A DNA stretch of 64,000 nt from contig OZ250150.1 of NCBI GenBank assembly GCA_965237675.1, forward strand, positions 4,288,001-4,352,000, written 5' to 3'. The stretch is from Candidatus Latescibacterota bacterium (lineage in GTDB: Bacteria > Latescibacterota > UBA2968 > GCA-2709665). A program made the position numbers and the translations under genes. Below the pieces are notes generated by a model that was not told where the DNA came from, did no database searches, and was given only the letters and a program-made list of their open reading frames with translations. Below, piece after piece: positions 49,793-59,469 of this stretch (positions within the stretch are counted from its first letter, which is position 1; each line of letters starts with the position of its first letter).

Positions 49793-49807
49793 GCAAACAT
49801 CGTGCCT
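49793..49807 (-). promoter_or_regulatory. Sigma54 (-24/-12) promoter
   Basis: Minus strand AGGCACGATGTTTGC = GG-N10-GC, ~100 bp upstream of the 49690 start. Confidence 0.65.
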
Positions 49808-49905
49808 GGAATTAAAAAAACGCCCCGGTTCATCGCAGACGCTTACGAAACAACGTTTTATACATTCAACCGTTATGTGTGTTCAACCTGGATTTGTCTC
49901 TTCCG

Positions 49906-50012
49906 GTGTTTCCTCACGTAGACACCCATTTAACCGGGAACAACAACATCGCCGGTCGTGGGTGTAACCTGTTGATACAGTTGAGCAAATCAACTGTCAA
50001 CGCGAGTTGACA
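49906..50012. promoter_or_regulatory. Candidate enhancer (bEBP) binding palindromes
   Basis: GTGTTTCCTCACGTAGACAC, TGTAACCTGTTGATACA, ACAGTTGA-N5-TCAACTGT, TGTCAAC-N4-GTTGACA. Confidence 0.45.
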
Positions 50013-50046
50013 TGCGTCTTCAGAAATGCCGGCCCGTTAACAGGCG

Positions 50047-53000
50047 TCAACGCGCGCGCCGCAGGCCGAAACGCTCGAGTTTTTTGTACAGTCCGGATCG
50101 CGTGAGTCCCAATTCCAAAGCCGTTCGGGTTACGTTCCCATCGTTCTTGGCGAGCACCTGGGAAAGATACCGCTTCTCGATCGATTGCAGAAATATTCTC
50201 AAACTGCCCGGTGTGCTATCATCCCCGGCCCAATCACGACGTACGCGTTCAGAAAGTAATTCTACCTCGAATTCACCGCCATTTTCCACGAGGGTTACCA
50301 CACGGCGTATCTCGTTATCCAACTGCCGCACATTGCCGGGCCAGTCGTAATTCATCAGAGCTTTCATCGCCCCTTGCGTGAAACCCGCCACGGCTTTCCC
50401 CGCTTCAAGGGCGGCGTTCCGAAGAAAGTGCCCCGCCAGCGCGGGAATATCGTCTTTTTTGTCTTTCAGCGACGGCATCTCGATGGACAGCACCTGAAGG
50501 CGGTAGAATAAATCTTTCCGAAACGCCCCCTGAGATACGGCCTCCTCCAGATCCACATTCGTTGCCGCAATGATGCGCACGTTCACACTTCGGGGCACGC
50601 TCTCACCCACCCGTCGAACCTCTCCGTTCTGTAACACCCGGAGCAGGCTGGCCTGAACTTCGGGCGAGGCATCAGCGATCTCATCGAGAAAGACCGTACC
50701 GCCTTGCGCGGTTTCGAATATCCCGGCGCGATCCGCCACGGCTCCCGTAAACGAACCTCTCCTGTGGCCGAAAAATTCACTCTGCAGCAACTCTCCCGAT
50801 AGCGCTCCACAATTCTGCGACAGAAACAGGTGATCTTTCGTGACGCTGTTATCGTGGATAGCTCGGGCTGCCAGCTCTTTTCCCGTCCCGGTCTCTCCAT
50901 GAATGAGTACCGTCATATCCGTACGGGCCGCCCGCTCGATCCGGCGATAGACCGCCTGCATCGCGCGACTGGCTCCTACCAGCCCGCCCAATCCCTTCCT
51001 GCCGGACTCGTCGCGCTCCCGATACAATGCCCGTTCCTTTAACCTGCTTCTCATCCGGGCCTGAATCACGCCCGCGGACAGCAGACCGGCAAGTGCGATC
51101 AAAAACCTCCGGTCCGCTTCGGAAACGGCGTTTCCATTACCGCGACGTTCCAGATACAACGCTCCCAGCGAACCTCCCTCTCGATGGTATAGTGGCACGC
51201 ACGCCACCGAGCGGACGTCGAAATCGAAAACACGCTGCCGTTTCTTGAATCCCTTATCCGCGGGGGCGTCCGCGGTAAACACCGGTTCGTTGTTCTCCAT
51301 TGCCCGCCGTACCACGCCCAGGTCTATGCCCTTCGACGCTCCATTTCCACCCTCGCCAGACCGTGCCATTTCGGTACGCAACGCTCCTGACGTGGCATCT
51401 TTAAACACGACGATTGCCCTTTCCGCCCCCACCACCTTCAAACACCCGTCGAGCGTCCTGTCCATCAGTGAAGTCAGGTCGAGGCCCCGACCCAAATCCG
51501 CGGCAACCTCGGAAACCGCCGCAATCCTGTCATACATCGGCCGAGACTCTGCTGAACCCACCGATGCAGATCGCACTTCCAGCCGTGCCAACCTGGAGAG
51601 TAGATTCGACGCTTTCCGTGCAAAGAAGGGCGTCTGCAGTGCCTCCGCCTTGCGTTTTGCCGCCTCGAGCCGCAAACGTGCAATTTCCAGATTGCCATGC
51701 TCGAGATAAAACCGACCGGCCGCCAGTAACGAACGGAACCATTCAAACCGTCGGTTTACCTGCTTGTTCTCTATAGCCCGTTCGAACGCATCCTCGGCCG
51801 CTTCATGTCGCTTTGCAGCGGCCGACGCGACGCCGATCCCGCGCCAGGCCACCGTACCGGTTTCTCCGGCTATTTGAGTGCCGGGTCGGGCTTTTTCCGC
51901 CCATCTCACCGCCTCGTCCGCGTTCCCCAGAGCCGAGTGAGCCTCGGCCATCAGGCCAAATGCCCAGTACAGCTGACGTGCATCCTTTACATGAGACAGA
52001 ATCTCAACCGCCTTTTTGCCATATGCCACCGCGGACTCTGCATCTTTCTTTTCCAGCGCTATGGCCCCAAGATAAAAATGGCTCACGCCTTCTGGCGCCG
52101 TTCGTCTCCAGTCACGACTTGAATCTTGGCGTGCCTGAAAGATATCTTCAGCACGCTGAAAATTACCGGTTCGAAATGCGGTTGTTCCTATCAGGCCCAT
52201 ATTGCCGATATTCTCGGCTCGGTCTCCGGCTTTCTCTGACCATTCCAAAGCAGACTCGAAGAGCGTATAAGCGTCTCCAAGACGATCCTCGAGGTAGGCA
52301 CCGTAGCCCTTGAAGTAGCTGGCCATCGACCTGCTCAGCACGCCATCGGCCTGCTCGTATTGCTCGGAGATCAGATTTATCTGAACCCTGGCTTCCTCTC
52401 TTCTCTCCATACGTTCATAAAGGGAGGCCAACCAGCCCCTCGTGTCACTTTCCTTTTTCCTGTTTCGGAGCCTTCGGTAAATTTCAATCGCTTCCAGAAA
52501 TGCCGTCTCTGCTTTATGATACGACCGGGAACGGGCGTTAAGGATGCCGAGTTGGCACAGAACCAGCGCCCTGTCAGCCGTGGTGCGGTCTGAAACCAGC
52601 GACAATGCGTCTTTCGCTTTCTCTCGTGCTTCCTCAATATAACCTCGCGAAGACAATGCGTTTGAATAGTCGCACAGAAACCTCACCCTCGACTTGATTT
52701 TCTCGACGGGGACGGCCGTTGAATTTTCTACGTGAAGATTCTGCGCCGATACGTCCTTAAACATGCTCAATGCGCGGTCTACCGCACGTACACTGAGCGC
52801 CTGCTTACCCGCTTGAATGAGGAATTGATCGGCCTTCTCGACATCTCCGGATCTCTGGTAATGAAATGCCAGGTCTTCGACTCGCTGCGGTTGCGCATCG
52901 GAATTCGGAACCTCCAGCGTCCTGGCTACCTCCCGATGCAATAGGATACGTCGCTTTGCACCCAGGCTGCTGTAGACCACGCGTTGCAAAAGCATGTTGG

Positions 53001-54876
53001 AAAGTCGGTACTCGTACGGAGCGTCTGCTCCCGTTTCGTTTCGCAACAGGTCGAGATGTACCAGATATTTCAGGATCTCTATCAGATCTAACTCACTCCC
53101 CTGCCATACTTTCGCAATCAGATCCAACGTGAATCCGCTCGCACAGACAGAGGCATAATCCAGGACTCGACGCTGTGCCGGGTGGATTGCCTCCAGGCGT
53201 CTGCGAAGGATCTCCGCGACACGATCCGGCATCAGCCCGGCAGGAATCGGATTCCACCGCCATCCATCGTCGCCCTCGTTCCGAACAACGCCCTCCGCAA
53301 CCAGCGAATGAACGGATTCGACAACGTAGAGGGGGCAACCGCCCGTCTCTTCAAAGAGTCTACGTGCGACTTCCTCCGGGACCTGCTGTTCATCAAGGAT
53401 GGAGGCCGCCAGGCGCGCCGTCGCGGTCTCCGTGAGACAACCCAGGTGAAATTCATGAAACCTGCCGGCCGCTCCATCTCCTGGGAGCCCTTCCATGTGT
53501 CCCGCTACGTGCGTATCTACATCCCGAGAACATGTCAGGCAGAGCAACAGCGGAAAGTCTTCCTCTTCGTTCCTGCATCGTTGCAAGAGCCGGAGTGTGA
53601 GTTCATCCGACCATTGAAGATCTTCGATACACAGCAGGACCGGTTGGATACACGCAAGTTTTCGCAGCAGATGCCAGGTTTTTTCCAATGCGGCGCAGGC
53701 GTCGTCCCCCGCGTTGGCAAAAACAGGCTCCTGCCGAACGACATCTCCGAGCGCTTCCATCAGCGGCAGGCAGGCGTCACGACGTTCCTGACGGCACGCG
53801 CCTGAAAGCACCTGCATACCATAGAGTGCGGCGTCGCCCAGTACTTCCTCCATCAGACGCGACTTGCCCATGCCTGCTTCCCCTGAAACCAACACCGTCT
53901 GCCGCCGACCCGCGTACGCAACCGAGATGATTTCCCGCAGCGCCTTCATTTCCGTTTCCCTACCGAGGAGGGGAGGCACCGTGAGGCGGCATCCGGTTTC
54001 CCCTGTCTTTTCTTCCTGTCGCGCACCCGTCGCGACAATTGAGTCAATTCCGGCGAGGAGTTCGCGGGCAGACTGGAATCGGTCTACGGGTTCTTTGGCG
54101 AGAAGCTTCATCACCAGTGCCAGAACCCGCGCCCCCTGCTTCGGGTTCAGGGATTGAAGGTGACGCGGCTGTTCCCTCACATGCCTCAGGATGACGGCAA
54201 CCTGGCTATCGCCGGTAAACGGCGGCGCGCCCGCCAATATTTCGTAGAGTACAATGCCCAGGGAGTAGAGGTCGGACCGCTCGTCCACACACCCGCCACG
54301 TCCGTGTTCCGGAGACATATATTCCGCCGTGCCCATCGCTGGAATATCACAGGTGGACGACGCTGCGGGTGCTTTAGTGATATGCGCCAGACCCAGATCC
54401 AGTATAGCTGTTTCGATCTGCCTGTCCTGCTCCACGACCACTATATTCGAGGGTTTGAGGTCAAGGTGCAGCAGACCTTGACCGTGTATGCAGGCCAGTC
54501 CATCGACAATTTGCCGAACCAGTGGCAAAAATCCCTTCCCCCTCAGCACGTCCTCCCGGGTTTCGTCCTTGATCATGCTCGCAAGGGTCTGCCCTCCCGG
54601 ACAGTCCATGGAAAAATAGGGCCGCCCTTCATGCACCCCCCAGCTACGGGCCCTCATAACCCGCGGATGCCGGATGCGTGAGAGCATGTGAAACTCCCGC
54701 ATAAACCGCCGCCGGTGTTCCTCCTGTTTAACTTCCCCTTGCAGCACCTTGAGCGCGACCTCACCGCCCCGATCCAGGTCCCGCGCCCTATAAACCACCC
54801 CCACACCTCCGGTACCAAGGACTTCGAGTGTCTCGTATCGCCCGTCGATTAGAATTCCGGCTGTCTTCTCTGTCAT
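50047..54876 (-). CDS. Ser/Thr kinase - AAA ATPase - TPR - GAF - sigma54 activator - HTH multidomain regulator
   Basis: GTGGVGVV, VALK, HLDLKPSNI, DLG, GTAEYMSPE; GEAGMGKS, IEDLQWSD; TPRs; RSVACVPL GAF; GETGTGKE, GSFTGA; HTH. Confidence 0.9.
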   Translation of the reverse strand: MTEKTAGILIDGRYETLEVLGTGGVGVVYRARDLDRGGEVALKVLQGEVKQEEHRRRFMREFHMLSRIRHPRVMRARSWGVHEGRPYFSMDCPGGQTLASMIKDETREDVLRGKGFLPLVRQIVDGLACIHGQGLLHLDLKPSNIVVVEQDRQIETAILDLGLAHITKAPAASSTCDIPAMGTAEYMSPEHGRGGCVDERSDLYSLGIVLYEILAGAPPFTGDSQVAVILRHVREQPRHLQSLNPKQGARVLALVMKLLAKEPVDRFQSARELLAGIDSIVATGARQEEKTGETGCRLTVPPLLGRETEMKALREIISVAYAGRRQTVLVSGEAGMGKSRLMEEVLGDAALYGMQVLSGACRQERRDACLPLMEALGDVVRQEPVFANAGDDACAALEKTWHLLRKLACIQPVLLCIEDLQWSDELTLRLLQRCRNEEEDFPLLLCLTCSRDVDTHVAGHMEGLPGDGAAGRFHEFHLGCLTETATARLAASILDEQQVPEEVARRLFEETGGCPLYVVESVHSLVAEGVVRNEGDDGWRWNPIPAGLMPDRVAEILRRRLEAIHPAQRRVLDYASVCASGFTLDLIAKVWQGSELDLIEILKYLVHLDLLRNETGADAPYEYRLSNMLLQRVVYSSLGAKRRILLHREVARTLEVPNSDAQPQRVEDLAFHYQRSGDVEKADQFLIQAGKQALSVRAVDRALSMFKDVSAQNLHVENSTAVPVEKIKSRVRFLCDYSNALSSRGYIEEAREKAKDALSLVSDRTTADRALVLCQLGILNARSRSYHKAETAFLEAIEIYRRLRNRKKESDTRGWLASLYERMERREEARVQINLISEQYEQADGVLSRSMASYFKGYGAYLEDRLGDAYTLFESALEWSEKAGDRAENIGNMGLIGTTAFRTGNFQRAEDIFQARQDSSRDWRRTAPEGVSHFYLGAIALEKKDAESAVAYGKKAVEILSHVKDARQLYWAFGLMAEAHSALGNADEAVRWAEKARPGTQIAGETGTVAWRGIGVASAAAKRHEAAEDAFERAIENKQVNRRFEWFRSLLAAGRFYLEHGNLEIARLRLEAAKRKAEALQTPFFARKASNLLSRLARLEVRSASVGSAESRPMYDRIAAVSEVAADLGRGLDLTSLMDRTLDGCLKVVGAERAIVVFKDATSGALRTEMARSGEGGNGASKGIDLGVVRRAMENNEPVFTADAPADKGFKKRQRVFDFDVRSVACVPLYHREGGSLGALYLERRGNGNAVSEADRRFLIALAGLLSAGVIQARMRSRLKERALYRERDESGRKGLGGLVGASRAMQAVYRRIERAARTDMTVLIHGETGTGKELAARAIHDNSVTKDHLFLSQNCGALSGELLQSEFFGHRRGSFTGAVADRAGIFETAQGGTVFLDEIADASPEVQASLLRVLQNGEVRRVGESVPRSVNVRIIAATNVDLEEAVSQGAFRKDLFYRLQVLSIEMPSLKDKKDDIPALAGHFLRNAALEAGKAVAGFTQGAMKALMNYDWPGNVRQLDNEIRRVVTLVENGGEFEVELLSERVRRDWAGDDSTPGSLRIFLQSIEKRYLSQVLAKNDGNVTRTALELGLTRSGLYKKLERFGLRRAR

Positions 54877-54960
54877 CGTACGAATGTCGTTAAAGATGCA
54901 TTCAAAGTGGACGTGAATTCATGATTCGGGTGCGTCGCTGTAGAACGGACCCTCCGACAT

Positions 54961-57102
54961 TCACCCGGTTTCCTTCCGTTCCATCAGCAGTTCCAGCGGG
55001 TGCACGACTTTGATACCCGTACCCTCGCGCAGATGGATCGCACACACGCTGCTTTCGGTGACGATGGTATCCACCTTCGCCTCCTGGAAGGCCTGAAACA
55101 GCGGTTCTCCGACGGCCTGTGCAAGTTCGTATCCGAGCAGCCCTTTCTTCAAACCGAACGTACCCGCCATCCCGCAACACGTACCGGTCTCAATCAACTC
55201 GACTTCCGCGCCTCGCCGTTTCAGATAATCCCTCGCCTCCTGTCCGGAGCCCAGGGGCCGCTGATGGCAGGATACGTGAAATCCGAACCGGCGGCCGTCG
55301 AAGACAGACGTCTGCTCGTCGTCGCCGGTGAGCGTTTCGAGCATTTCCAGATACGCGAACAATTCATACGTACGGTCTGCCACCGCGCTGGCATCCGCCC
55401 GCCCGTGAAGCAGCTTGGGGTACGAAACCTTCAGACAATAGGCCGCCGTCGGCTCCGTGGTCACAACATCGTACCCGGCCTCGACGTAGGGCGTCATCAA
55501 GCGCACATTCTCATCGGCCACCTTCCCGGCCCGCTTCAGGTCGCCATAGCCGATGTAGGGGTAGCCGCTACCACGTTGTTTGGGCAGAACGACCTCGCAT
55601 CCGAGGGCTTCCAGCGCCTCGACAGCCGCCCGGCCGAGTTCCGGGGCATTATACGCCGCGTAAATATCCGCGAAGAATACCACCTGGCGCAACGGATCCT
55701 TCAAGCGTGGCATTTCACCCCGTTTCCTGAACCATTTCGCCAAGGTACGGCGCCTGAACGGCGGCAAAGTCCGCCTTCGGTCGATGCCCGGAAACACCTC
55801 CATCACCCACCTGAACAGCCCGTTCCTCAGCATCCAGTTGGAAACCGGCGCGATGGCGCAGCCGAACTTCGCAAAGGCCTCCGCGGCCATCAGCATTCGG
55901 TTCACCCGTGGGTGCCCGTTTTCCTCGCCGTCTCGATCCTTAACGCCGGCAATCATCATGGGAATATCGATCTCGGCGGGACAGATCTCCTTGCAGAGCC
56001 CGCACGAGATACAAAGCGACGCAAACTCGGCGGCTTTGTCCAGTCCGTGCACCTCCGATGTCCAGGGAATTCCGATCGGCCCGGGATAGATGTAGCCAAA
56101 CGTATGCCCGCCCACCACGCCGTAGGTGGGGCAGATATTCATGCAGGCGCCGCAACGGATGCAATTCAACGCGTCCTTGAACAGCGGGTCTTGCCGCATC
56201 CGGCTGCGCCCGTTGTCCAGTATGATGATATGAGACTCGCGCGGGCTCCGTCCACCGCCGTTGCCGAGAGGAGACCTCCCCGCCATCATCGTCACATACG
56301 TGGTGAGATGCTGCCCGACCGCGCTGATGGGATGCGCAAGCATCATCTGCAATGCATCCTCCACCGTATCCACAGTCTTCTCCCGACCCATGATGCAGAT
56401 GTGCACATCGGGAATGCTGGACACGAGCCGAGCGTTGCCCTCATTGGTCTCGATGACGATGGCGCCGGTTTCGGCGATCCCCACGTTGGCGCCGGTCATC
56501 CCGATATCCGCATTCAGAAAAATCGGCCGCAGGTATTTGCGCACGACGCGCATAATGGCGTCGACGTCCGGCGGCACGTCCTGTTGCGTCACCTCCCGGA
56601 AAATCTCCGCCACCTCCACCGCCGTTTTGTGCACCGCGGGAAAGACCAGGTGAAAGGGTTTTTCCTTCACCTTCTGTATGATCAATTCACCCAGGTCCGT
56701 CTCAATCACCTCCACGCCGGCTTCCTCGAGAGGATGATTCACCTCGATCTCCTCGCTCGTCAGCGACTTGGACTTGGCCACGGACGCGGCGCCACGCTCC
56801 TTAACGATGCCCAGAATGTATGAAATCGCTTCGGGGCCGTCGTCTGCCATGAATACCCTGGCGCCACGTTCCCGCGCCTTGGCTGCGAACCTGTCCACCA
56901 GCTCGTCCTGCTGCTCGAGGCACCGGACCTTGATCGAACGAACCGTGCTGCGAAACCCCTCGCCTTCCGGCAACGCGCCAACAGCCTTGTTCCGGCTGTC
57001 CCGACCACGTTTCATCACCTGATATAATGCCGTGCGTTTGGATCTTTCCTTGAGTGCCCGATCGATCTTTGCTTCCAGCTGCTGATACCGGCCCTTCGGC
57101 AT
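54961..57102 (-). CDS. lutB: LutB/LldF-type LUD + 4Fe-4S + CCG-domain fusion protein
   Basis: KSKSLTSEEI, ETDLGE, TNEGNAR, CIRCGACMNICP, CISCGLCKEICP, HVSCHQ, CCGMAGTFG. Confidence 0.85.
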   Translation of the reverse strand: MPKGRYQQLEAKIDRALKERSKRTALYQVMKRGRDSRNKAVGALPEGEGFRSTVRSIKVRCLEQQDELVDRFAAKARERGARVFMADDGPEAISYILGIVKERGAASVAKSKSLTSEEIEVNHPLEEAGVEVIETDLGELIIQKVKEKPFHLVFPAVHKTAVEVAEIFREVTQQDVPPDVDAIMRVVRKYLRPIFLNADIGMTGANVGIAETGAIVIETNEGNARLVSSIPDVHICIMGREKTVDTVEDALQMMLAHPISAVGQHLTTYVTMMAGRSPLGNGGGRSPRESHIIILDNGRSRMRQDPLFKDALNCIRCGACMNICPTYGVVGGHTFGYIYPGPIGIPWTSEVHGLDKAAEFASLCISCGLCKEICPAEIDIPMMIAGVKDRDGEENGHPRVNRMLMAAEAFAKFGCAIAPVSNWMLRNGLFRWVMEVFPGIDRRRTLPPFRRRTLAKWFRKRGEMPRLKDPLRQVVFFADIYAAYNAPELGRAAVEALEALGCEVVLPKQRGSGYPYIGYGDLKRAGKVADENVRLMTPYVEAGYDVVTTEPTAAYCLKVSYPKLLHGRADASAVADRTYELFAYLEMLETLTGDDEQTSVFDGRRFGFHVSCHQRPLGSGQEARDYLKRRGAEVELIETGTCCGMAGTFGLKKGLLGYELAQAVGEPLFQAFQEAKVDTIVTESSVCAIHLREGTGIKVVHPLELLMERKETG

Positions 57103-57167
57103 CGTTCATTTCCTTTCGTACTCGTGATTAAGTCACTCCGATCCAATCCGTGTGTCCAACTCGTCTT

Positions 57168-57734
57168 CTATTGGTCCAGAATAACCGCATGCGCCATCTC
57201 CGGGCCATGCACACCCAGCGTAAGCCGCATCTCGATATCCGCTGTCCGGCTCGGGCCCGATATGAATGTCACGGTGGCGTTGCCCGGCTGTTCGTTCATG
57301 AACGCTCGGATCCGCGGGCCCGCGTCCATCAGCGTCTCTTTTATCTCCGCGGCCCTAACGACGCCCAGATGTATCCTGGGTAACGTAGATACGAGGCGGG
57401 TCGCGTCGTTTGTCGCGAACTCGACAAGGGCGCCGGCGTCCGCCACCGCGAACTCCGCCCAGGACACCCCGACGTGGGCGGCATCGATGGCGCCTGGCAG
57501 CGTCCGGTCGTCGTAGGGCGGCTTCAATAGTTCAACGCCCTCATCGGCGCACCGACGATCCAGAATCTGCCTCAGCGCATCCGGAAGTTCGGCCGCTGCC
57601 AGGCGGGTCCCTTCAGCATCGCGAAGGACGGAAAGCACCGCCTCTGCAGCGGACTCCATGCTGTCCGCGTGGTGTACGCGTCCGGATAGCGTTTCGTACT
57701 TTGAAACAAACTGTTCAATCACGTCGACCGCCAT
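57168..57734 (-). CDS. lutC: LutC/LldG LUD-domain protein
   Basis: AVADAGAL, RLVSTLP..H, FISGPSRTADIE..LTLGVHGP. Confidence 0.9.
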   Translation of the reverse strand: MAVDVIEQFVSKYETLSGRVHHADSMESAAEAVLSVLRDAEGTRLAAAELPDALRQILDRRCADEGVELLKPPYDDRTLPGAIDAAHVGVSWAEFAVADAGALVEFATNDATRLVSTLPRIHLGVVRAAEIKETLMDAGPRIRAFMNEQPGNATVTFISGPSRTADIEMRLTLGVHGPEMAHAVILDQ

Positions 57735-58100
57735 AACGGCGTCCCCTTTCGATGGAACCCCGGAAAAATGCAGAACGGGGGCCATCAAGGTAAGTGCAAA
57801 ACCACCTCCGGTCAACCGTCTCACGAACGGATTATCCTCCCAAACGGGTTCGTTTTCATTTGGTGCGTTTTTGAAGGAAATGTATATTCGTCAGTCGCCG
57901 GCTTAAACCTCGTTTCGCATCTCATCCAACCGGCTTCTGCCCGATCAGTACCGGGCGATGCGGTCACCTGTAACGGGCGCCAATTCCTGCACTGCCCACC
58001 GCTTCGCAGGTCTGCCGATCGGCGTGCGACATGATTCTTTGTCCGCATTGACGCGGCAATCTCAGAATGGGAGGCCGTAATTCGAAAAGGAGCATTTCCG

Positions 58101-59096
58101 ATGGCAAAACCCATTCGTATTCTGCATATCGGTCTGGGGCCGCTTGGCCAGATGCTCGGACCGTATTTGACGGAAAAGGAACATTTGAAGCTTGTCGGCG
58201 CCGTCGACGTCGATCCCGCAAAGACAGGTCGTGATCTGGCGACACTGTACAACCTGGACCGGCCGTTGGACGTCGCCGTCGGGAGAAAATTGGACGCCGG
58301 GATGATGAACGACGCCGATGTGGCCATTCTCACGACGGTGTCCGAACTCCGTTCGCTATACCCCACGCTCGAACAACTGATGGACGGCGGCCTGAACGTC
58401 GTTTCCACGTGCGAGGAACTGGCATATCCCTGGGTTGCGGATCCGGAACTCGCGCAACGTATCGACGATCGCGCGAAGGCAAACCGTGTTTCCGTTCTCG
58501 GCACGGGCGTCAACCCGGGGTTTCTGATGGATTTTCTGCCGACGGCGACGACCGCCGTTTGCCGGAATGTGGACTCCATCCTGATCGAACGAATCCAGGA
58601 CGCATCCCAACGCCGCCTGCCCTTCCGTCGAAAAATAGGCGCGGGTCTTACCGTCGAAGCCTTTGAGGACCGCGTGAGAAGCCGTCAAATTCGCCACGTG
58701 GGCCTGGCCCAGTCCATGCATATGGTTGCGTCCAGACTCGGCTGGTGTCTGGACAAGACCGAGGATATCGTGGAACCGGTCGTCGCACGAACGGAGGTGC
58801 GCGGTATGGGTTGGTCCGTACCCGCCGGCCATGCCACCGGCGTGAACCAGACCGGTCGGGGTTATGCGGGCAACAGCGAGGTCCTCACGCTCGTGTTTCG
58901 CGCGACTGTGGGCGAGTCGCGCCCGAGAGACCGCATCCGCGTCCGCGGCACCCCGGAAATCGATCTCACGATTGCCGGCGGTATCAATGGAGACGTCGCT
59001 ACGTGTTCCATCGTTACCAATGCGATTCCGATCATCCATCATGCGGCGCCCGGTCTGCGCACCATGGTCGATATCGCCGCTATTTCGGCGTTCTAG
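58101..59096 (+). CDS. 2,4-diaminopentanoate dehydrogenase / DapB-like NAD(P) oxidoreductase
   Basis: IGLGPLG, VSTCEELAYPW, LGTGVNPGFLMD, GGINGDVAT, APGLRTM. Confidence 0.8.
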   Translation: MAKPIRILHIGLGPLGQMLGPYLTEKEHLKLVGAVDVDPAKTGRDLATLYNLDRPLDVAVGRKLDAGMMNDADVAILTTVSELRSLYPTLEQLMDGGLNVVSTCEELAYPWVADPELAQRIDDRAKANRVSVLGTGVNPGFLMDFLPTATTAVCRNVDSILIERIQDASQRRLPFRRKIGAGLTVEAFEDRVRSRQIRHVGLAQSMHMVASRLGWCLDKTEDIVEPVVARTEVRGMGWSVPAGHATGVNQTGRGYAGNSEVLTLVFRATVGESRPRDRIRVRGTPEIDLTIAGGINGDVATCSIVTNAIPIIHHAAPGLRTMVDIAAISAF

Positions 59097-59393
59097 TGTT
59101 CTGTCGCGGAAACACTTGATTCCACAATCACGGGAGACTCCGCCTTCAACCTCGCGTCCGTCCCGAACCCCTTCAGGATCACCGACTGTTCGCCGGAAAC
59201 CACGAAATTGTTGCAAAATATACACATCTGTGTTATTCTTTCACAGGCTCCGGCCATGCGCCGATCTTTGTTTTCGACGCAAATGGTTTATTTTGAATCC
59301 CTTTTCTATCTGACGTGACGCGGTCATCCTGGTACGGTTTTTGCGTGCTCTGATTAACCTCTCTGAACGTGGTCGACGGATTCCAGCGGAGGT

Positions 59394-59464
59394 TAGTGCC
59401 CTGTCCCAGAAATATCTCACCATTCGGCCGACTTCAGGCAACCTATTTCCGGGACAGAACACGA
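59394..59464. mobile_element. MITE-like element, family A, shorter copy (extra left end at 59094-59112)
   Basis: CTGTCCCAGAAATATCTCACCATTC..GGCAACCTATTTCCGGGACAGAACA matches 32519-32614 minus ~25 bp. Confidence 0.7.
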
Positions 59465-59469
59465 GCCCG

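Noticed and set aside
57975-57991. Sigma54-like site upstream of 58101
   Set aside because: GG to GC spacing is 11, not 10.
59341-59469. Extended N-termini of Omp85 (and of the M24 peptidase, 32501-32548)
   Set aside because: The extensions are translated MITE sequence; the signal peptide begins at 59470.
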